Shown in pieces: positions 26,501 through 39,020 of a stretch of 64,000 nucleotides of DNA. The notes below the pieces were generated by a model. That model saw only the letters and a list, made by a program, of their open reading frames with translations, was not told where the DNA came from and did not search any database. The stretch covers positions 313,534,001-313,598,000 of the forward strand of contig OZ024742.1 in the NCBI GenBank assembly GCA_964016885.1. The letters run 5' to 3'. How positions within the stretch are numbered: the first letter of the stretch is position 1; the number at the start of each line of letters is the position of its first letter. Both the position numbers and the translations under genes were made by a program. This stretch comes from Eledone cirrhosa. Its lineage: Eukaryota.

Positions 26501-29500
26501 CTGTTTCCAGTTTATCTATATTGACTGTGGAACTATCTCTCCACAACTTCCACCCAGCTACATCATACTGTTTCCAGTTTATCTATATTGACTGTGGAAC
26601 TGTCTCTCCACAACTTCCACCCAGCTGCATCATACTGTTTCCAGTTTATCTATTTTGACTGTGGAACTATCTCTCCACAACTTCCACCCAGGTATATCAT
26701 ACTGTTTCCAGTTTATCTATTTTGACTGTGGAACTGTCTCTCCACAACTTCCACCCACCTACATCATACTGTTTTCAGTTTATCTATATTGACTGTGGAA
26801 CTGTCTCTCCACAACTTCCACCCAGGTATATCATACTGTTTCCAGTTTATCTATATTGACTGTGGAACTATCTCTCCACAACTTCCACCCAGCTACATCA
26901 TACTGTTTCCAGATTATCTATAATGACTGTGGAACTATCTCTCCACAACTTCCACCCAGCTACATCATACTGTTTCCAGATTATCTATATTGACTGTGGA
27001 ACTATCTCTCCACAACTTCCACCCAACTACATCATACTGTTTCCAGATTATCTATATTGACTGTGGAACTATCTCTCCACAACTTCCACTCAGGTATATC
27101 ATACTGTTTCCAGTTTATCTATATTGACTGTGGAACTATCTCTCCACAACTTCCACCCAGCTACATCATACTGTTTCCAGTTTATCTATATTGACTGTGG
27201 AACTGTCTCTCCACAGCTTCCACCCAGCTACATCATACTGTTTCCAGTTTATCTATATTGACTGTGGAACTGTCTCTCCACAACTTCCACCCAGCTACAT
27301 CATACTGTTTCCAGATTATCTATATTGACTGTGGAACTATCTCTCCACAACTTCCACCCAGCTACATCATACTGTTTCCAGATTATCTATAATGACTGTG
27401 GAACTATCTCTCCACAACTTCCACCCAGCTACATCATACTGTTTCCAGATTATCTATATTGACTGTGGAACTATCTCTCCACAACTTCCACCCAACTATA
27501 TCATACTGTTTCCAGATTATCTATATTGACTGTGGAACTATCTCTCCACAACTTCCACTCAGGTATATCATACTGTTTCCAGTTTATCTATATTGACTGT
27601 GGAACTATCTCTCCACAACTTCCACCCAACTACATCATACTGTTTCCTGTTTATCTATATTGACTGTGGAACTATCTCTCCACAACTTTCACCTAGCTAC
27701 ATCATACTGTTTCCAGTTTATCTATATTGACTGTGGAACTATCTCTCCACAACTTCCACCCAGCTACATCATACTGTTTCCAGTTTATCTATATTGACTG
27801 TGGAACTGTCTCTCCACAACTTCCACCCAGCTACATCATACTGTTTCCAGTTTATCTATATTGACTGTGGAACTGTCTCTCCACAACTTCCACCCAGCTA
27901 TATCATACTGTTTCCAGTTTATCTATATTGACTGTGGAACTATCTCTCCACAACTTCCACCCAGCTACATCGTACTGTTTCTAGTTTATCTATATTGACT
28001 GTAGAACTATCTCTCCACAACTTCCACCCAGCTACATCATACTGTTTCCAGTTTATCTATATTGACTGTGGAACTGTCTCTCCACAACTTCCACCCAGCT
28101 ACATCATACTGTTTCCAGTTTATCTATATTGACCGTGAAACTGTCTCTCCACAACTTCCACCCAGCTATATCATACTGTTTCCAGTTTATCTATATTGAC
28201 TGTGGCACTATCTCTCCACAACTTCCACCCAGGTATATCATACTGTTTCCAGTTTATCTATATTGACTGTGGAACTGTCTCTCCACAACTTCCACCCAGC
28301 TATATCATACTGTTTCCAGTTTATCTATATTGACTGTGAAACTGTCTCTCCACAACTTCCACCCAGCTACATCATACTGTTTCCAGTTTATCTATATTGA
28401 CTGTGGAACTGTCTCTCCACAGCTTCCACCCAGCTACATCATACTGTTTCCAGTTTATCTATATTGACTGTGGAACTGTCTCTCCACAACTTCCACCCAG
28501 CTACATCATACTGTTTCCAGATTATCTATATTGACTGTGGAACTATCTCTCCACAACTTCCACCAAGCTACATCATACTGTTTTCAGTTTATCTATATTG
28601 ACTGTGGAACTGTCTCTCCACAACTTCCACCCTGCTGCATCATACTGTTTCCAGTTTATCTATTTTGACTGTGGAACTATCTCTCCACAACTTCCACCCA
28701 GGTATATCATACTGTTTCCAGTTTATCTATTTTGACTGTGGAACTGTCTCTCCACAACTTCCACCCAGCTACATCATACTGTTTCCAGTTTATCTATATT
28801 GACTGTGGAACTATCTCTCCACAACTTCCACCCAGCTACATCATACTGTTTCCAGTTTATCTATATTGACTGTGGAACTGTCTCTCCACAACTTCCACCC
28901 AGCTGCATCATACTGTTTCCAGTTTATCTATTTTGACTGTGGAACTATCTCTCCACAACTTCCACCCAGGTATATCATACTGTTTCCAGTTTATCTATTT
29001 TGACTGTGGAACTGTCTCTCCACAACTTCCACCCACCTACATCATACTGTTTTCAGTTTATCTATATTGACTGTGGAACTGTCTCTCCACAACTTCCACC
29101 CAGGTATATCATACTGTTTCCAGTTTATCTATATTGACTGTGGAACTATCTCTCCACAACTTCCACCCAGCTACATCATACTGTTTCCAGATTATCTATA
29201 ATGACTGTGGAACTATCTCTCCACAACTTCCACCCAGCTACATCATACTGTTTCCAGATTATCTATATTGACTGTGGAACTATCTCTCCACAACTTCCAC
29301 CCAACTACATCATACTGTTTCCAGATTATCTATATTGACTGTGGAACTATCTCTCCACAACTTCCACTCAGGTATATCATACTGTTTCCAGTTTATCTAT
29401 ATTGACTGTGGAACTATCTCTCCACAACTTCCACCCAGCTACATCATACTGTTTCCAGTTTATCTATATTGACTGTGGAACTGTCTCTCCACAGCTTCCA

Positions 29501-32500
29501 CCCAGCTACATCATACTGTTTCCAGTTTATCTATATTGACTGTGGAACTGTCTCTCCACAACTTCCACCCAGCTACATCATACTGTTTCCAGATTATCTA
29601 TATTGACTGTGGAACTATCTCTCCACAACTTCCACCAAGCTACATCATACTGTTTTCAGTTTATCTATATTGACTGTGGAACTGTCTCTCCACAACTTCC
29701 ACCCAGCTGCATCATACTGTTTCCAGTTTATCTATTTTGACTGTGGAACTATCTCTCCACAACTTCCACCCAGGTATATCATACTGTTTCCAGTTTATCT
29801 ATTTTGACTGTGGAACTGTCTCTCCACAACTTCCACCCAGCTACATCATACTGTTTCCAGTTTATCTATATTGACTGTGGAACTATCTCTCCACAACTTC
29901 CACCCAGCTACATCATACTGTTTCCAGTTTATCTATATTGACTGTGGAACTGTCTCTCCACAACTTCCACCCAGCTGCATCATACTGTTTCCAGTTTATC
30001 TATTTTGACTGTGGAACTATCTCTCCACAACTTCCACTCAGGTATATCATACTGTTTCCAGTTTATCTATATTGACTGTGGAACTATCTCTCCACAACTT
30101 CCACCCAGCTACATCATACTGTTTCCTGTTTATCTATATTGACTGTGGAACTATCGCTCCACAACTTTCACCTAGCTACATCATACTGTTTCCAGTTTAT
30201 CTATATTGACTGTGGAACTATCTCTCCACAACTTCCACCCAGCTACATCATACTGTTTCTAGTTTATCCATATTGACTGTAGAACTATCTCTCCACAACT
30301 TCCACCCAGCTACATCATACTGTTTCCAGTTTATCTATATTGACTGTGGAACTGTCTCTCCACAACATCCACCCAGCTACATCATACTGTTTCCAGTTTA
30401 TCTATATTGACTGTGGAACTGTCTCTCCACAACTTCCACCCAGCTATATCATACTGTTTCCAGTTTATCTATATTGACTGTGGAACTATCTCTCCACAAC
30501 TTCCACCCAGCTACATCGTACTGTTTCTAGTTTATCTATATTGACTGTAGAACTATCTCTCCACAACTTCCACCCAGCTACATCATACTGTTTCCAGTTT
30601 ATCTATATTGACTGTGGAACTGTCTCTCCATAACTTCCACCCAGCTATATCATACTGTTTCCAGTTTATCTATATTGACTGTGGAACTGTCTCTCCACAA
30701 CTTCCACCCAGCTACATCATACTGTTTCCAGTTTATCTATATTGACCGTGAAACTGTCTCTCCACAACTTCCACCCAGCTACATCATACTGTTTCAAGAT
30801 TATCTATATTGACTGTGGAATTATCTCTCCACAACTTCCACCCTGCAACATCATACTGTTTCCAGTTTATCTATATTGACTGTGGAACTATCTCTCCACA
30901 ACTTCCACCCAGGTATATCATACTGTTTCCAGTTTATCTATATTGACTGTGGAACTGTCTCTCCACAACTTCCACCCAGCTACATCATACTGTTTCCAGT
31001 TTATCTATATTGACTGTGGAACTATCTCTCCACAACTTCCACCCAGGTATATCATACTGTTTCCAGTTTATCTATATTGACTGTGGAACTGTCTCTCCAC
31101 AACTTCCACCCAGCTATATCATACTGTTTCCAGTTTATCTATATTGACTGTGAAACTGTCTCTCCACAACTTCCACCCAGCTACATCATACTGTTTCAAG
31201 TTTATCTATATTGACTGTGGAACTGTCTCTCCACAGCTTCCACCCAGCTACATCATACTGTTTCCAGTTTATCTATATTGACTGTGAAACTGTCTCTCCA
31301 CAACTTCCACCCAGCTACATCATACTGTTTCCAGTTTATCTATATTGACTGTGGAACTGTCTCTCCACAACTTCCACCCAGCTACATCATACTGTTTCCA
31401 GATTATCTATATTGACTGTGGAACTATCTCTCCACAACTTCCACCCAGCTACATCATACTGTTTCCAGATTATCTATATTGACTGTGGAACTATCTCTCC
31501 ACAACTTCCACCCAGCTACATCATACTGTTTTCAGTTTATCTATATTGACTGTGGAACTATCTCTCCACAACTTCCACCCAGCTACATCATACTGTTTCT
31601 AGTTTATCTATATTGACTATAGAACTATCTCTCCACAACTTCCACCCAGCTACATCATACTGTTTCCAGTTTATCTATATTGACTGTGGAACTGTCTCTC
31701 CACAACTTCCACCCAGCTATATCATACTGTTTCCAGTTTATCTATATTGACTGTGGCACTATCTCTCCACAACTTCCACCCAGGTATATCATACTGTTTC
31801 CAGTTTATCTATATTGACTGTGGAACTGTCTCTCCACAACTTCCACCCAGCTATATCATACTGTTTCCAGTTTATCTATATTGACTGTGAAACTGTCTCT
31901 CCACAACTTCCACCCAGCTACATCATACTGTTTCCAGTTTATCTATATTGACTGTGGAACTGTCTCTCCACAGCTTCCACCCAGCTACATCATACTGTTT
32001 CCAGTTTATCTATATTGACTGTGGAACTGTCTCTCCACAACTTCCACCCAGCTACATCATACTGTTTCCAGTTTATCTATATTGACTGTGGAACTGTCTC
32101 TCCACAGCTTTCACCCAGCTACATCATACTGTTTCCAGTTTATCTATATTGACTGTGGAACTGTCTCTCCACAACTTCCACCCAGCTATATCATACAATT
32201 TTCAGTTTATCTATATTGACTGTGGAACTATCTCTCCACAACTTCCACCCAGCTATATCATACATTTTTCAGTTTATCTATATTGACTGTGGAACTGTCT
32301 CTCCACAACTTCCACCCAGCTACATCATACTGTTTCCAGTTTATCTATATTGACTGTGAAATTGTCTCTCCACAACTTCCACCCAGCTACATCATACTGT
32401 TTCCAGTTTATCTATATAGACTGTGGAACTGTCTCTCCACAACTTACACCCAGCTATATCATACTGTTTTCAGTTTATCTATATTGACTGTGAAACTGTC

Positions 32501-33240
32501 TCTCCGCAACTTCCACCCAGCTACATCATACTGTTTCCAGTTTATCTATATTGGCTGTGGAACTATCTCTCCACAACTTCCACCCAGCTACATCATACTG
32601 TTTCCAGTTTATCTATATTGACTGTGGAACTGTCTCTCCACAACTTCCACCCAGCTACATCATACTGTTTCCAGTTTATCTATATTGACTGTGGAACTGT
32701 CTCTCCACAACTTCCACCCAGCTACATCATACTGTTTCCAGTTTATCTATATTTACTGTGGAACTATCTCTCCACAACTTCCACCCAGCTACATCATACT
32801 GTTTTCAGTTTATCTATATTGACTGTGGAACTATCTCTCCACAACTTCCACCCAGCTACATCATACTGTTTCCAGTTTATCTATATTGACTGTAGAACTG
32901 TCTCTCCACAACTTCCACCCAGCTACATCATACTGTTTCCAGTTTATCTATATTTACTGTGGAACTATCTCCCCACAACTTCCACCCATCTATATCATAC
33001 ATTTGTCAGTTTATCTATATTGACTGTGGAACTATCTCTCCACAACTTCCACCCAGCTACATCATACTGTTTCCAGTTTATCTATACTGAGATACTGTCT
33101 GTTCACAACCTCCACTGACCCACATCATACAATTGTCACTTTATCTATGCTGTGGTTCTTTCTGTCCACAACTTTCACCCATCCAATTTATACCATTGCC
33201 AGTTTGCCTATGCTGACCGTGATTCTGGCTGTCCATGCTA
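14553..33240. repeat. 67-bp tandem satellite array, 277 in-phase units plus ~2 degenerate terminal units
   Basis: Consensus CAGCTACATCATACTGTTTCCAGTTTATCTATATTGACTGTGGAACTRTCTCTCCACAACTTCCACC; unit starts at 14562, 14629, 25081 (157x67) and 33054 (276x67). Confidence 0.98.
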
Positions 33241-33661
33241 GCCATTGGCTCACCAGTCATATATACAGATCGATATAATTGATTATTTGACTAGTTCAGT
33301 TACGGAAACTAAATCAATGGTGTACAGCAGTTTTTGTTGACAGCCAGTGTCAAGCACCTTTGTTATGGCCTGGAGAGCTATAATAAAGAGGAAGGGGATT
33401 AAAGGCCTTGATAGATATATACCTACACTCTAAATTTATCACTGATCTCATTACTAACTCTCATTTAGCAAACAAAATTCTTGTACATGATTTGAACTAA
33501 CCACTATTTCTAGAATGTTGTTGCCCCCTTGTAATTCCCTCCCTGCCTACGTTTTTCTCATAGTCATTGACTTGGCACTATCAAATTACATTGATCTCCC
33601 CAGTGTCGAAATATCTGTGAAGGCTATTGGTACATCACCATCTTCCAGTCTAAACCAATAA

Positions 33662-33886
33662 CAATTTCTAGTATATGCACGAGGCCAGTAATTAGGGGGG
33701 GGGGCAGCAGGGGAAAGTCGATTAAATCGACCCCAGTACGTTACTGGTGCTTTATTTTATCGACCCCGTAAGGATGAAAGGTAAAGTTAACCTCGGCGGG
33801 ATTTGAACTTAGAACGTAAAGCGGCGTAACTCTATGCTGCAAAGCATGGCGCCCGACCCTCTACCGATACTGCCAATCCACCGCCC
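33662..33886 (-). mobile_element. Full-length SINE family A with 18-bp TSD
   Basis: TCCAGTCTAAACCAATAA at 33644-33661 and 33887-33904; A and B boxes on the minus strand. Confidence 0.92.
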
Positions 33887-34934
33887 TCCAGTCTAAACCA
33901 ATAATGAAAAAGAAAAGTTTCCAAAATTTAACCAAACTCTGCTCACTTGGTATTGGTCAAACCAAATATACGGCAACAAAAAAAAACATACTTGTCTAAA
34001 GTTAAACGCTATGGTATTGAACCCGGGACCATATGCTTGCAAAATAAAATTTTAATTTACATAACTTTGCTTGCGACTATATTATGCTTAAATATTAATA
34101 CCAGTTTTAACTTTCGTCTCAGAAAAATCCACAAATCTTTACATTCAAATTACTATATAGTATTGAGAGTGGCCATAGAATAATATTCAAATAAGATTAG
34201 TAAGGTTTGTGCGGACTAAGTGTGGATTTCAGTAGGCAGACTTTAGCTCTTCTGTTATTCAACAGCTCTGCTCATGTAAAATCTAAGAGAAAATTATTCT
34301 GAATATAATAAAATGGAGAGAGCAGAGTAACCTCCCTTACAACTAGCTTAAACATTTTTTTTTGTAAAGAATTCGAGGAATATTTTATTCAGCTGTATAA
34401 ATAACATAATTATGTTTTAAATACATACATAAATATTACAGATGCGTAAATAACATTATAAATGGCTCGCAATTCGTTAAGAAGAACATTACAAACATAA
34501 TGTCAGGGAGCCGTCAGCGATGACAAGAACTTCACTGTCAGCGGCCCAACTCCACCAAACGTCTCGAACGCTCCAGGTTGGAAAAAATAATTACTGGATA
34601 AATCCAGGTATTTACAAGTTTTGTTAGTTTCTATTATATTTGTTTATTTATTTATGTAATCAATTTAAGCGTCCGTATAGAGCAAGCTAGTCATGATAGA
34701 CTAGGAGAGGCATCTTAGACCTTTTACAGTTAAGAAAGAAAGAAAGAAAGAAAGAAAAAAAAAGGAATGCCAACGGGAGGCAAAAGAAGCATAAAAAAGA
34801 TTCTAAAAAAAGTGAACAAAGACCGCTATAAAGCATCTAAGTGCTGGGATCGATATAATCGATTTCATATGCGTCCCAAATTTGAATCCTCTTACTTATT
34901 TTAGAAATGCACAGACACACACGTGTATATATAT

Positions 34935-35070
34935 AAAACAAAGAGGGTGTGGTAAGATACTAGGTGGACCATAACGCACCAGCGTTAATTTGTTATTCTG
35001 GGTAATATGAAAAGATTCAGAACCCGAAACGACCGGAGCTCAGCCGTCGGAGTCCTGAATCTTTTCATAT
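34935..35070. mobile_element. Short fold-back insert in (TA)n with hammerhead 3' half; same family as 55592-55784
   Basis: 16-bp stem 35005-35020/35055-35070 enclosing GAAA-CGAC-cgGAGCTCa-GCCG-TC; 34948-34982 is the reverse complement of 55739-55771. Confidence 0.7.
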
Positions 35071-35612
35071 ATATATATAATTAATGTATAATAAACAATA
35101 CAGTATAATTACCTCATTACCAGAGGTTTCCCGAATAAGACGAATACAAGAAACGTCCGCATTCGTTCAGAATATTTGAAATGTGTGTATCCCCATCATA
35201 AGAGTATTGCAATTATCCTTTTTAGAGGTTCAAACGTTCATAATTTTCCAAGAGAGTATACAGGGTGCATTTTTTGCAAGACCAGCACAACCACTTGACG
35301 TCGTATATTCTATGAAGGCAGCAACACTAACAATTTATGCATAAATATATTGACAGTGGTAGAAAAAGAAAAAGACATTTACAGTATCAACCCATGTATT
35401 GATAAACCTTGTTTATAGTTGGTAGATCTTTTAAAATATAGTGTATCTCAAACCTTGGTAGCTTTTTAAGGATCATCTTCAAGATGTCGTCTCTCTTAGA
35501 CTGGTAGTTTCGAAATTGGAACAAACATTATTCTACTCCTTCTGCACAATCTCCACAAGAACATAGACGTGATTCTCTACGACCTGTTCGTGATAAAATA
35601 TAATTTCATTCA

Positions 35613-35806
35613 CAGACCTGCCAACCTCTAAAAGCCCAAGCGGGGAGTAACATGAAAAAAGTACTCCAAAAGAGGGAGAACTGAGGCAAAATGGGGAGAT
35701 TTTACATAATGAAAGATTAACCTATTTCCTTAAGAGAAGACTTCTCTCACCTACCACAAAGTGGGTGGGAGATGTCCCCGTCCGACGGGGAGAGTTTACA
35801 GGTCTG
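35613..35806. mobile_element. MITE with CAGACCTG terminal inverted repeats and 6-bp TSD
   Basis: CATTCA-CAGACCTGCCAAC...GTTTACAGGTCTG-CATTCA. Confidence 0.8.
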
Positions 35807-35837
35807 CATTCACATCCAGGTTACATTATAGAAATAT

Positions 35838-36001
35838 CAAATCGACCCCAGTACCTGACTAGCACTCTATTTTATCGAATCTAGGAGGATGATAGGCTAA
35901 GTTTACTTCTATGCGATTCGAACCTAGAACATAAAAGAGTTCTAACTGAACATCACAGACGTTTTATCCGACGCTCAAACGATTCTACTAAATCCACTGC
36001 C
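35838..36001 (-). mobile_element. SINE family A, older copy
   Basis: ATCGACCCCAGTA...TTTTATCGA...GATTCGAACC. Confidence 0.7.
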
Positions 36002-36123
36002 TTTTTCTTTTTTTCTTGAAACTCCCAAACAAGGTGTGCAGCCTCTTGTTGTAAGGGACTATGAAGAAGGAGGAATTTACTTTAGACTTGAAATAGTTCA
36101 GATTATAAGAAGGAGGAAAATAA

Positions 36124-36338
36124 TTGTTTTTACTATAGGCACAAGGCTAGCAATTTTTGGGGAGAGGGGAAAGTCGATTAAATCGACCCCAGTGCATTAA
36201 TGATGCTTTATTTTATCGACCGCGTAAGGATGAAAGGCAAATCTAACCTCGGCGGGATTTGAACTCAGAACGTAAAGGGCTGTAACTCTATGCCACAAAG
36301 CATGGTGTCCGACGCTCTACCGATTCTGCCAATCCACT
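36124..36338 (-). mobile_element. SINE family A, long-tail subfamily
   Basis: Matches 33662-33886 including the GGGGAAAGTCGATTAAATCGAC segment. Confidence 0.88.
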
Positions 36339-36420
36339 ATAAAAAAGGAGAAATTAAGACGAAAGGAATGAATTTACTTTAGACTTGAAAGAGTTCAGGT
36401 ATAAAAAGGTGGAAAATAAT

Positions 36421-36585
36421 TGTTTCTACTTTAGGCACAAGGCCAGCAATTACCCAGTGCATTACTGGTACTTTATTTTATCGACCCCGTAAGGATGAAA
36501 GGTAAAGTCAACCTCGGCGGGATTTGAACTCGGATCGTAAAGGGACGTAACTATGCTGGAAAGCATGGCGTCCGACCCTCTACCG
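36421..36585 (-). mobile_element. SINE family A, short-tail subfamily, with 15-bp TSD
   Basis: AAGGTGGAAAATAAT at 36406-36420 and 36586-36600. Confidence 0.9.
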
Positions 36586-36749
36586 AAGGTGGAAAATAAT
36601 GAGATAGAAAAGTATTCCAAACTCTGGCAGTTCAAAGAGAAAAGCCACGAATGTAGAAGGCCTGATTATAATCTATTTATAATTTCATTAACTTTCTATG
36701 TTTTATTTACGTTAGTAATAATAATTTTTAAACGAGAAAAGTTAAGGAA

Positions 36750-36890
36750 AGTGGCCAATTGGCATCAGATTAAATATGCCTCGGTATTTGTTCAAGCTCT
36801 CTACACGAGTTCAAATCTCGCCGAGGTCAATTTTGCCAATTAACATTTTGAGGTCGATAAAGAAAGTATCAGTCCAATACTGGGGTTGAT
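36750..36890 (+). mobile_element. SINE family A, old copy
   Basis: GAGTTCAAATCTCGCCGAGGTCAA...GTCGATAAAGAAAGTATCAGT...ACTGGGG. Confidence 0.7.
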
Positions 36891-37084
36891 TATTCTCCTC
36901 TCTCTATCTTCTTCATTGGAAGAATCGATTGCATTCTGATCCGGCGAGGGATGGCTCTGCCAGGTTTACAAGGCTCATGAAACGTTGTATGTTAAAGTGG
37001 CGCCCATACAATTCCGTCAAAAGTTAAGGGCTACAGAGAGAGTGTGTGTGAGAAAGAGAGTGAGAGAGAAAGAGAGACTTTACG

Positions 37085-37335
37085 TTCTTTGTTCAAACAT
37101 CATCAAAGTCAACTGGGTCTGATAAAATAAGTATCAGTCAACTTCCAGCCAGCCACAACATACCGTTACTAGCGTATCAATACTGACTGCGGTACTGTCT
37201 GTCCATGCTGGCCAACTGTGAGTTGGAAAAAAGTGTTCACTTAATTGGGTGACCAGTCAAGTATTGGAGTCGATATAATTGACTTCATATGCCTCCCAAA
37301 TTTGAGCCCTTTTACTTCTTTTCGAAATGTACACA
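37085..37335 (+). repeat. SINE-A remnant carrying one diverged copy of the 67-bp satellite monomer
   Basis: 37119-37216 aligns by eye with the array's left flank, one monomer and the array's right-hand junction CTGTCCATGCT(A/G)GCCA. Confidence 0.75.
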
Positions 37336-37808
37336 CACACTTCTTCAAACATGACTCTCTCTCTCTCTCAAAAGCATGTAATCAATTTATAGGTCAACAA
37401 AATGAATCACCCCCCCCCCCCCCCCACACACACACACACCAATAAAAAGACAGAGAAAAGGTTATATTTTATCTAAATAGCATAAGAAACTTATTTAAGA
37501 CTGGAAACTTATATCGATAAAAATACAAAAAAAAACAAAAAAACACCAAAACATTTCAATTCTTGTTTAAACCACTTTTTCTCCGAGACAAAATTGTGAC
37601 AAATTTCTGTGACATTTATTTTGATTATAAGAGATAGACATTCTCATACTGATTTCAGAAATTGCACTGCCATTAGCGCTAGGATAGTGCATTCAACACA
37701 CGTTTTAGTTAATTACATCAACTCCATTAATCCACAAGTCTCGCACTCATTTAATTGATTTCTATTTGACGATTAAAGTTTCTCAGAGTTATCTCCCTTG
37801 CACGAATT

Positions 37809-37845
<37 letters not shown>

Positions 37846-38144
37846 GCACACACACACATTGTAGCGTTTCTGCACAGTAATCACACTAATTCACACAAAT
37901 ACATGCGCGCGCGCACACACACATGTACACACACATATTAGTGGCATTTCCTCCATGAATGCTTGGCATGCCTCTAACATTTTCATTTGATAATTCTAAC
38001 AATAAAAGTCCGTCTGAGGATACTAAACAAACGTTTTTTCTTATATTAGAACTTCTGAGATTGCTTCCAGGCCAGCCAAAAGCTTAATGTCTATGCCCAC
38101 TTGAGATTTGCTTCCAATCCAGATTAGAGCTTAATGTATATACA

Positions 38145-38369
38145 ATTGGAGCTTGCTACCAGACCAGCTGACAACTGAAAGCTAGGTTTCGTGCCAAGCA
38201 CTTGATTCATGCCTTCAGGTTCAATTGCCAATCAGTAATTAAATTATGTCTGCATTGTTTTAGTATTTCAATTAATTACTCATTGGTAACTGAACCTCAA
38301 AGCATAAGTTAAGTGTCTGGCTTGTAGCCTAGCTTTCAACTGTTAGTTGGCCTGGAAGCAAGCTCCAAT
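38145..38369. repeat. Imperfect ~105-bp-arm inverted repeat (fold-back/MITE-like)
   Basis: ATTGGAGCTTGCT...GAAAGCTAGG...CAGTAATTAA pairs with TTAATTACTC...CCTAGCTTTC...AGCAAGCTCCAAT. Confidence 0.8.
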
Positions 38370-38379
38370 GTTCTTACAC

Positions 38380-38449
<70 letters not shown>

Positions 38450-38537
38450 GTATGTATGAGTGTGTTTGTGTGTATATATATATATATGTATGTATATTTA
38501 TATGTATGTATGTATGTAAAGTATATGTATGTATGTA

Positions 38538-39020
38538 TCATCATCATCGTTTAACGTCTAGCATGGGTTTAGACGGGAATTGTTCCACTTGAGGCAAGAT
38601 TGGTTGTTTTGCTCGTAAAGGACTGTCTGGCAGGTTTTCTATGGCTGGATGCCCTTCCTAACACCAACCACGTTTACAGTGTGAACTGGGAGGTTTTTAC
38701 CGTGTTACCTACACAGCCACATTACAGCGTGGACTGTGTGTTTTTGTTGTGACACCTACACGACCTCATTTATTTAGGACTGGATGTTGTGGTACCAACA
38801 TAACTTTACAGAGAAAGGGGTGGTGTGGATGGGGGTGGGGGTGTATCTTTGGTTAGGAGGTGCCTACTGACTGCAGGTTTCGCTTTGTACTTAGGCAAGG
38901 CGGGTCTTCTGTATTACTGCATACCGCCAAATATCTCGGTCCAGTGACATTGTCTTGGAGAGGTGTAAGTGTGTAAGGTCGGAATTTATCAAGTCGTCCC
39001 AGGTTTTTCTGGGTCTGCCT
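38538..39020 (-). mobile_element. RTE LINE 3' end, same family as 4442-5703
   Basis: Reverse complement of 5173-5690; (CAT)n on the + strand. Confidence 0.88.

Noticed and set aside
14562-33120. CRISPR array or repeat-protein gene
   Set aside because: No unique spacers and no cas genes; 67 is not a multiple of 3 and every frame meets stops; the 32283/32423 ORFs arise from chance loss of TGA.
14562-33120. Tandem cassette-exon array (TTTCCAG acceptors, CAG|GTATAT donor variants)
   Set aside because: Implied exons are 47 nt with 20-nt introns, and the neighbouring gene is on the other strand.
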